Shown: in pieces, positions 54,601 to 64,000 of the stretch | How positions within the stretch are numbered: position 1 is the stretch's first letter | Layout of the letters: every line of letters starts with the position of its first letter | DNA from: Paraspadella gotoi | Taxonomy: Eukaryota; Animalia; Chaetognatha | DNA: 64,000 nt | Reading direction: 5' to 3' | NCBI GenBank assembly: GCA_051294375.1 | Contig: CM119268.1 | Span: forward strand, 18,306,005-18,370,004 | The notes under the pieces: model-generated | Databases searched by the model: none | Seen by the model: the letters and a program-made list of their open reading frames with translations, nothing else | What the model was told of the DNA's origin: nothing | Translations under genes and position numbers: made by a program

Positions 54601-54800
54601 ATTTTTTTTCCTTCTTAAAACTTTTTATTATTGCCATTTTTCGGCGCTTTTTTTCAATACAAAATCCCATATTTTTCATCCGAGATTTTCGGGGTGGATT
54701 TATTCTCTTTTATTTCTCTCTTTCTCTCTCTCTCTCTCTCTTCTCTTCTCTCTCTCTTCTTTCTCTCTCTCTCTTTCTCTCTCTCTCTCTTCTCTCTCTC
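51700..54800. repeat. ~1.5-kb direct tandem duplication (51700-53230 and 53235-54800)
   Basis: Both copies have the same order: HINE-like head, (TCTG)n, AT-rich block, SINE-like segment, CT tracts. They differ mostly by small indels. Confidence 0.85.
54288..54368 (-). mobile_element. tRNA-derived SINE-like head (second copy ~52725-52803)
   Basis: Minus strand has an A-box-like TGGCGCCGCACGTAGCG and a B-box-like GGTTCGCGCC. It does not form a convincing cloverleaf. Confidence 0.45.
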
Positions 54801-57800
54801 TCGTCCTCTTTCATCTCTTCATACAGCATTTGTTTGTTTTATTGAACTATCATCGCATCAATGAATGACAATCATCGAATCAATGAATGACATCATCGCA
54901 TCACTGAATATATCATCACAGCAGTGAATGATTATCATACGCATCAATAATTGATTATTCATCGAATCAATATCATTCCTATTACATCAATAATACTATT
55001 ACATCATCAATTAGTATTACCTCAATAACTTCTAGTACATCACAATTGTTATCTGCATGATATTCAATTCATTTTTTTTCCCGGTTTTTTTCATTAATTT
55101 TCTATGATGTGGGCTCTTGGCTCGATTCTTGAGTTTTTAAGATTTTTTATTTTTATGGTCTCTCTTCTCTCCTCTCTCTCTTCTCTCTCACTCTCTTCTC
55201 TCACTCTCTTTACTTCTCTCTCTCTCTCTTTTTATGCAATGCGACGATCCTTTAATGCTTTTAAGATTTTTTTAACTTGCATCATTTTTTTTCAACTTGC
55301 ATATTTTTTTCAACTTGCATTCCGTCAAAACTTTATATTCTGCTTCTTCACTCACTTTCCTACGGCTCAACAAAATTTCATCTCAATCTTACATGGGTTA
55401 AATAAATAAAAAGATTCAAGTAAATTGTGACTCTATTTTTTTATTTAAACTCATTTCCAATGGTTTACGTTTCCACTGAAACTTTATATCAAGTTGCTCA
55501 TACGTTTTCCTACCCACACACAAAATTTCAACTCAATCTATCATCCAATTATGATTAATGGAGTTTTATTGGTTAAAATAAGTAAAAGATTTTAGTAAAT
55601 TCGACTTTATGTTTTTTCATTTAAACTAATTTCCCTCACACTCGATTCCATTCGAAATTTTATATCCAGCTTTATCAGCACTTTCCTACCCACATTCAAA
55701 ATTTATTATGTCCAATCCAACCAGCATCACGAGTATTGGAGCTTTTTTGCTAAGATGGGACGGATGGGACGGATTGATTGACCTATATTATTAATTTATG
55801 ATTTAATTTATTTTACTAATGATTAATTAACTGATTAATTATTTGATTTAATTAATACATCCTGCAGTTACATTTAATATAAAGGAAAAAGAAGCATAAT
55901 CAATTAGTAAAGGTTTTTTTGTTTTTTTCCATTATACTCATTTCCACTTCAAACTATTCCATCGAACTTGATTTCCTGTTCATCACACACTTTCCCTACC
56001 ATACAAAATTCCAGTCAATCAGCCCATCCACTCATGAGCATTGGTGTTCAAATAGTGAATATATTTTTTGTTTTTCCATTTAACTCATTTTCCACTCGGA
56101 CGATTCCATCGAAACTTCATATCAGCTCAATCACACACTTACCTATCCACACAAACAAAATTTCATTTAATCCATCCATCCAATCACGAGTAATTGGTGT
56201 TTTTGCTAAGGTGGGGAACGGACGGACGGACGGACACTTCAGATCAGACGACACCAGACATGCAGACAGTACAGAAGACAGATCAGAGGACGAAAGCATG
56301 CGTTTTGTCCATAATTTTTCAATATATCTGAATGTTCTTGACATTGTATATATCGTTATGAAGTGTGTGTGGCGTTGTCTTCTTTGACATTTTTACTTGA
56401 TGGGGTGGCGGAACCGACGGACCGAGCAAAGTGGAATTATAGAGTCGGTCGGGATCTGCTTTCTTGCTGCGTGGATTAAGCAGAGTCCGTATTGACTAAT
56501 AATATAATTATTGACACATTAAATAAGCCATTAAGCGTGGTAGATGTAGAGAGAGATGAGGATGAGAGAGAGAGAGAAAGAAAGAGAGGAGGAGGAGAAA
56601 GCGACTGGTATGATGAGGAGGAAGAGAGAAAATGGGTACTTAGAAGAGAATAAATCTTTGCCATAATAGAAAAAAAGAATCTGGTGGTTCTTGTTGTTGG
56701 TTTTTTCGGTTTTTTATGTTTTTGGTATGAATATTATTTATCTTTTAGTTGAGTTTGTGTTTTTGGATTTGTTTTGGTTGGTGGTTACTTCGGGATTTGT
56801 GTGCAGGGTGGGGGTTGGTGAATTTTGGTCTTGAGTGGTTGTGGTGATTATCTATATGTTTCTTGTTACGTAATTGATTTTTGGCTATATAATAAACGTC
56901 GTGTTTTTGCTGGTTATATATTGGGTTGGCGTAGTAATATTATTTAGTTTTTCTTTTTTTTTGTTATGTTTTGTGGGTGGTAGTGTGAGAAGTTGGTTTA
57001 GTAGTGGAGGAAAATAAATAATTACGTTAGCAGTTATATTTGTGGTTTACCTGTGGCTTTTTTCTAGATAGAACCAGTTTTTTTCTATTTGTGAGGAATA
57101 GATAGGACGTATAAGGATGGTTTTGAAAGTGGGTACGTCTGTGTAGAGTGGTATAAGTTGATATTCCAAACGATTGCGGAGATGTGTCTGGGCTGGGTGT
57201 TATGCTGTTGTGACGAGATTGTATTCGTGGTGATTTGTTTGTTATGCGTGGGGTTATTGGGTTGGGGTCTTCGGTGTTTGGTATGTGCTTAAGGTTTAGT
57301 TTTCGGTTATGTTTGTTACCGTGACTGCTCTTTGACATTCTCTTATTGGAATGTTCTTTTTATGTTTGTTGTGGAGTTTTAACGTCTGGGTGATACTGTT
57401 TGGACGTTACTTTTTTTGGGATCTCTTTGTTTCGTAATTTTTGCGTGTCTATTGAAATTATTTTTTGTTAGTATTACATAGGTAATATGTCATCGTTTCT
57501 TTTAATATTATTACTTATGTAGATCAAATGAAAGCTGTTGCGAATGGAGATTGGGCTCGTTGGATGCCCGAGCGTCCTCACCGCTTCTAGACTCATGGAC
57601 AAACTGCCTACGCCGTGCGCTGGTTGTCCGTGCGTGCGGAAATCCTCAACTCGAGTTTGTTCGATCTAATCAAGATCAATTGCGAAACCTAGGAAAGCGA
57701 CCGGTCGACTCGACTCGATCGGCCAAGAGTTTCCCCTTATAGGTAATGACTGAAAACGAGCCATCTAATCGAATGCAGTGATTAAATGAGCTGTAAAACC

Positions 57801-58171
57801 GTTCATGGTTTCTCCATGTGATTTTCCAAGTTATTGACTCAACAATCTATGATTGACCTAGTGTTGTTGTGTTTTCTCCTCTTCGTCTTCGGTTTGGCGA
57901 TCGAGATTCAACTGTGGTAGTTTAAACGCGGTTGCCCTTACTTGGGAATAGAGGTGTGTAGTCACTGATGTATATACATAATAATTTGGGAATTTGTAGT
58001 TAATAAGCGATAAACATAATAAATAAAAACTAACGAGATAATTAGTCCATAACTACTTTTTGGTAATCCAAGGATTACGAAAAAAGCGATTCCTATGTAA
58101 TGAGTCGGAAGCAATAGAACGGAGAAAAAGAATACCTAGAAGTTGTGGAGGAAATATCAACAAGGTGACGC

Positions 58172-58219
<48 letters not shown>

Positions 58220-58904
58220 GAGAGAAAATATTGGAGAATAAGTCAAAAGTAGTGGGCGCGCTTGCACGCGCCAGTGTTCTTTACCAGCGTCGTGCCGTTA
58301 AAGCTAGCGCTGCTTTTGAGGAATTGATTACTACCAAAACTCACATTTTCATATAATAACAAGAACTGATGTATTCTACTATTCTTCTCGTTTACAGATT
58401 CGATAGTGCGCTCTTTTCTAATATCGCACATTTTAAACCATTTNNNNNNNNNNNNNNNNNNNNNNNNNNNNNNNNNNNNNNNNNNNNNNNNNNNNNNNNN
58501 NNNNNNNNNNNNNNNNNNNNNNNNNNNNNNNNNNNNNNNNNNNTATCGTAGGCAGATCCGACATTGTTTGCTTAAACTTGTTTTAATCCTATCTGCTGAT
58601 CAAATTATATATACTAGCTTTTAAATTCGATTTTATTATATTTATTTAATTTTTTATATAAGATTAATAAGTTTTTATTAAATTAAAATATTACTGTGAA
58701 ACGTTAATCTCATTTGCATATTGGAGTAACCCGATTTTTATTACGAACCTTTGGGCTTTGTAGACAAAAAATCGTTCTATCTCAAATCTCTTATTTTGGT
58801 ACCAAGGTAATATTCCCAAGGTTTTGTAAAGATATTCGAACCCGTCCCATAGGAAGCTTGCCAGGCTACTTATGATAAAAATTATCCGATATATTTTAAT
58901 ATAC

Positions 58905-59725
58905 CTTCAATAGTTATTTCCATCATAAAGCAGCGTAAATAAACATGCATCATTATTTGTACATCCCTATGAACTAAATAATCCCTTTTTACAACAAATA
59001 AAAGCATTTCAAGAACTGCCAATCGATGACTTTCAACGCTCCAATCCATAATTTCCTTGAAAAAAAAACTGGTTAATTAGGTTTTGAGGAGATATGTATC
59101 GTAAAGGTTGGTAGTACAAGTGCAGTTGTTAGTTTTTTGTCAATATTTTTATTCACAAACAGCTGTATATAAATCTTTTTAAAGGCAATTACAGTTAAAT
59201 TAATTTTAACAGATAAGAGGGATTGAGAATGCTCCTGCTCTTCTAGAACAGTCCATGCTGGTGAGTTTACAAAGTTTGGCGTGGTTACATGACTACACAA
59301 GTTTGAAACACATGTATAATAGGGTGGAGTGATGAAAAGATTGAGCGATTGAACATTATTTTTTTGCTGCTTATGACATTTAAAATTATTTTATTTATGT
59401 AGTAATATCCTTATAAAATCAATAAATTTCAAAATATTTTTATTTTATTTTTAAGAACAGATTTGGATTTGCAGTAAAAAACTAATAAACTTTTGTAAAA
59501 TATGTTACATGATATTTTAATTTTTAGACCACAAAAAAATTCTACTTCAGAGAATAAAAAAGTNNNNNNNNNNAATTTCGTTAGTTTAGTAACATGATTT
59601 TATTATAAAACAGGACATGTTTCGACTCTTTGAATGCGAGTCTTCATCAGCATTTAAAATTCAAAAAAATTTCAGTTGTTATCATTGACTTTGGAGAGAG
59701 AGAAAGAAGGAGAGAGAGATTGAGA

Positions 59726-59756
<31 letters not shown>

Positions 59757-59856
59757 ATTTCCAACAAAGAATTGAGTAAAGGACAGTGGTCAGATGTGAG
59801 GACAGGTCAAAGTGAGGGAAGGGAAGGAGAGTACAAGTAAATGTGAAATTTTGTGA

Positions 59857-59901
<45 letters not shown>

Positions 59902-62408
59902 CAAAAATTAATTCATTTGGTAACGTACCACAGTGAAAAAGAAAAAACTAAAATAAATAACAAAGATTAATAAATAATTGTTTGTGAAAATTGGAGATTT
60001 AAAATAATGAAAAATTGAAGAATTGAAATTTTAAATGGAAGAATAAGTTGTGAGGAATAGATAAGGGAATAATGGTAAGGGAAAAAAAGTAGAGAAAGAG
60101 CTCAAAATGAAGTATTAGAGAGGCGATTTACATCAAAGCCCTCGAGCCCTCTTTGAACCGTGATGGAGGACGATTTGAACTCCCTCCAAGCTATGATTCG
60201 CTAACCAAAACTGTGGTTGAGCACCAAACGCCACTTCAGCCGCAGGGTGATTCCCCTGTCCCCACTCAGGCGATAGACGTCCAATGCCTCTCCCAAGCCT
60301 ACAGCAACTTGGTACAACTCTTCTCGTACTGAGCGCCGCCCAAAGCAACAGCTCCTTTTTCTAAACAAGCCAGAACAGGCAACCAGCCGCCTCACCGTCA
60401 GGTAAGAGGAGGGCTCTCGGCAGGCTTATCAGGTCAGAGAGATATTTGAGTGGCACTTGGCATCATTCCAGCAGGATCCTTGCCAGATCCCAACTTGTTC
60501 CACTCCACCACAATATCCTCTCAAGTCTCATCCCATTACAAGCCAATGACCCAAGCTCATTGTTAACGCCCTTCATTTGCCCTGCCAGGGGGGGCCCCCC
60601 AAACTCATTTTGAGGTCTTTCTCACCTTATTTTTCCCTTACCATTATCTTATCTATCCCTCACAACTTATTCTTCAATTTTTCATTATTTTAAATCTCCA
60701 ATTTTCACAAACAATTATTTATTATTCTTTGTTATTTATTTTAGTTTTTTCTTTTTTACTGATGTACATTACCAAATGTATTAATTTTTATCTCTCTCTC
60801 TCTCTCTCTCTTTTCACCAAATTTCACATTTACTTACTCTCCTTCCCTTCCCCCACTTTCACCTGTCCTCACATCTGACCATCTCCCTTTACTCAATTTT
60901 TTATTGGAAACTCTCTCTCTCTCTCTCTTTTTTTCAATGATAACAACTGAAAAGTTTGCGAATTTTAAATGCTGATGAAGACTCGCATTCAAAGAGTCGA
61001 AACATGTCTTGTTTTATAATAAAATCATGTTACTAAACTAACAAAATTTTCGTTTATTCTCTCAACTACAAATATATTGTATTTTACTATTCTGTTCCCG
61101 AGACAATAGGAACAAAATATTTTTTGTACTATTTAATCATATTATATCACGTCAAAATACCCTTGTTTGATCATTCAAACAATTTTTTTGTTCTTGAGTA
61201 TTAATTTTAAATAAAAAGGCGGTGCTATCAGTCCATTAGATTTGAGGTTTTTTCCTGTCATAACAAATGAGCAACCAGCTATAGGCAAATTATAAACATT
61301 TTTAACGTAAGTGGAACAGACATACCGACCGACAGACCGACCAAATGAAAAGTGACTTATACAGTTGCTACGCGAGTACTTACGTCTTAACTTCTGACTA
61401 AAAATTAAAATCCTATTTACTATGCTCATTTCTCACAACATAAAACAAACCGGTAGTTGTGCGTAGAATGGCTTTCTTCTTGTAAATTGACCCATATCTC
61501 CCCTAAGAAGTATCTGCTTAATATTTTTTAACAGATGCACACTTTCTTCCTCTTTCAAATTGTTAAATAGTGCATTGGGACCAACAATCAGTCCTTTGCA
61601 CAACTCAAAGGCCAGATTTTGAATGGGTGCCTCTGGGAAAAGTTTAACCAAAGGGTGAGAAAGCATCTGGAGACCCTCATTGGTTAAACCGAGATGGCCA
61701 ACAGATGTCATGTTTGCAGCCAAGAAAAAAGAAACACGCTCAAGTTCTGTAAATCTTTGGCAATACTTGTTGAACCAATCATAAGCTGTATAAGAGACAA
61801 TGAACCAGTGGTTGGAGTTGTGCCAGGGGTTATCCTTGCTTATTCGCTTCCTTACTGAAAGAGTATAGTTGACAATGTCTTTTAATGAAAAGGAAAACGT
61901 TTGCAGAACTTGAACGAGCATACTAACAACAAGTATTATCCTCTTTGAAGGTTCTAATTCATACAATGCTATGGTGGATAAGTCAGGCATTACATGATTC
62001 TTGAGCTTTAAGTAATTTTTGCATATATACTCAATCTCCTCATTGGTTGGTGTGGTCTGGTATTCGATGATCTCCGTTGCCAAATTTAGTAACTGAAGTT
62101 TTCTTTCAATTTTTTGATAGTACTTAGATACATGTAGTATGCTGCTCAAAGTATTAGCAAAGTATCCCATTATATTTTCATCATCTTGATCAAATCGACG
62201 AATCCAATTTTTCTTATTTACTGCTGTCACAAGGCATAGAACTTGCTGGTCCACAAGTTCTGTATTATTTTTGAAAATATTTTGAAAAATTTAAGCTTAA
62301 ATCATGGTGGTCTTTTAAGTTATATTACCGTCTTCTGTGTAGCTTCTATGGATATGAATAGGCTCAAAATCATTTTCAAGAAAAAAATCAGTGGTTGAAT
62401 AAACGAAT
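58905..62408 (-). CDS. GAF-domain cyclic nucleotide phosphodiesterase homologue (PDE10/PDE11-like), partial, probably catalytically inactive
   Basis: Exons 62408-62329, 62259-61451, 59055-58905 (phases compatible). GAF end: VTAVNKK..RFDQDDE. Catalytic N-terminus NPWHNSNH; FTELER; GH.GLTN..LQ...HPL..L; SHR...EG in the last exon. Outer exons not resolved. Confidence 0.8.
59606..59657 (-). ncRNA. Minimal type I hammerhead ribozyme motif (inverted pLTR copy)
   Basis: Reverse complement reads ctgatgaagactcgcattcaaagagtcgaaacatgtc. Confidence 0.72.
60965..61015 (+). ncRNA. Minimal type I hammerhead ribozyme motif
   Basis: CTGATGA-A-GACTC-gcattcaaa-GAGTC-GAAA-CATG-TC: catalytic core, 5-bp stem II and palindromic ACATGT in place of stem III. 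Stem I is weak. Confidence 0.75.
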
Positions 62409-62719
62409 CTAAAAAAATGGCGAGTAATAGTTATAGAATAATTTACTTAAATTTAAATTGTTCAAAAAATATTTAGTTTTTTAGTTGGGTTTGTTTATCG
62501 CAGATCCCCAACTCTAGAATTGGTTCTCTTTTCCAAAAGCACCCCATTTCTGTTCCATAATCCCTAAACTTAAATTTAACCCTAATATTTTACCCTAATC
62601 TGTTACCAAAACTATAACCCAATCCCTACCCTAATTCTAACCATAATCCTTAACTTAATCCTTGACCCTAACCATTAACCATTAACCTTAAATTTTCTTT
62701 TGTATTTCTATCACAGCCG

Positions 62720-64000
62720 GCATGACGGAAGCAAACGACGAAACAATGGTAAAGACCATCAGTGGCGTCATAAAACCTGCACTACCTCGACCTAAGTGAC
62801 AACCTACGCAGAGTAGTGGAAGGAAAAAAAGGCTTTCACAGGAAAGGGATCAGCAAAATCCTGCGCCTCATCAACGGAAACAGGAAAATGTCACAATCCA
62901 GATGAGCGAGGAGATGAAACATCTCAGTCACCATGGCCCAACTCATGAATGCCATCAACACTATGAGCAGAGACGTCGTCCGTGCTCGATCCGGCATCGC
63001 CGAAATCAAAACCATGCTGCAGGAAGGAGCCAATGCCAGAAGGCAAACAGGAGTACGCTGGGGCTGCTGGAGAATGGAACGCGATCCAAGTAGGGAGACA
63101 ATACGAGACTTGATTCGAGACTCAGTCAGGAGCGCCGCGGCGACAATCATAGAGCCAACAACAACAAGCCAAATGGGCACCGTTAAAATCGAGGGACGTT
63201 GTGATGACAAAAAACCAAGGGATTTCTTATGAGGCATTTACCAATCCCTCTGCAGATGCGACACAGACATTCGCACTATTGACGAGCAGCTGAAGGCCCT
63301 GTTTACCAGGGATTACAAGGTCAGTTGCTTCATCGATCCCATCGACGGCAGGCTCAACAAGGGCCTATGCGACGTTTTCGAAACCACCTCGATTAGCGCC
63401 TCGGAGATCGTGGACAAAAATGGAGATAAAAGTAGACCCAGAAATACACTCCGAGTATGGACTCGCACTAGTAAACGCCGTATATAGAAAATTCGACATT
63501 GTTGCCCCAGAAGACCAAGGCGCAGTGCCACACCACACAGCCCACCTGCTGAAAAAAGCATTAAGCCCGGGAGGTCATGGAATTCAGGGAATTCATCAAG
63601 ACCGGCAGGAGAAAGGAACTGGGAAGGAGGATCGAGTGGATCCTCCTTGGCTGGCTGGAGACACACGGACAACAGGCGACAGGTCGACGATTCATCAACT
63701 ATGTCAAGGACAACGATCGTCAAGTCTTCACAGACTCTACTACAAAAAGGCCTCACAGATAAAAATCCGGCCGAATCCAGCAAATGGCGACGGAGTCCGC
63801 GCCAGTAAAGGAAACAGAATTTCTGAAAAATTGTGCAAAAGCCGCCATCGCATCGCCATCGCAAGGACGACATCAAAATATTTGGTTTCATCATATCACA
63901 GGACAAGCTCAAACCCCAAAAGGACAAACTAGAACAAGCGGAGGTAAAACTGAAAGAGATAAAAACGCAGAAGGATCTGTGTGCGCTCTTCACTAAACTA
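62720..64000 (+). pseudogene. Frameshifted coding remnant, possibly retroelement gag/ORF1-like
   Basis: Overlapping coding-like fragments in alternating frames (AQLMNAINTMSRDVV...; DEQLKALFTRDYKV...; EFREFIKTGRRKELGRRIEWILLGWLE). No diagnostic motif. Confidence 0.4.

Larger units (their letters stand above)
59574..61047 (+). mobile_element. 5'-truncated Penelope-like retroelement (Poseidon-type) with inverted pseudo-LTRs
   Basis: Inverted arms ~59574-60111 and ~60603-61047. 60120-60205 encodes EAIYIKALEPSLNRDGGRFELPPSYDSL, the typical C-terminus of PLE GIY-YIG endonucleases. Both arms carry a hammerhead motif. Confidence 0.85.

Noticed and set aside
61175-61429. ORF as the next PDE exon (FVMTGKNLKSNGL)
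   Set aside because: Exon 59055-58905 fits the expected continuation (SHR...EG) and the splice phase better.

Overview
Repeat-rich animal genomic DNA: GC-rich exons, short AT-rich GT-AG introns, many (AG)n tracts and 4 N-gaps. The ORF track misses most real genes, so I spliced them by hand. (1) 1-6289 (-): a multi-exon, low-complexity protein that runs off the window edge. (2) 9682-18292 (+): three tandem paralogous secreted-precursor genes carrying seven 8-Cys knottin-type domains, C-x6-C-x5/6-CC-x5-C-x-C-x5/7-C-x-C, with an invariant HPCG and very different charged tails. (3) 19900-23634 (+): a compact six-exon DEG/ENaC/ASIC-family channel directly downstream of that cluster. (4) 24-58 kb: mostly repeats, including a 2.07-kb hAT-type foldback element with an 8-bp TSD nested in a DINE/HINE-like repeat, a 67-bp satellite, a 22-bp minisatellite, gypsy RT and Tc1 fragments, and noisy sequence. 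(5) 58905-62408 (-): a GAF+PDE10-like phosphodiesterase homologue that has lost its metal ligands; one intron holds a Penelope-like element with inverted pLTRs and hammerhead ribozyme motifs. The best candidate for an undescribed system is the HPCG-knottin precursor cluster next to the DEG/ENaC channel. All homology calls come from motif recognition; no searches were run.
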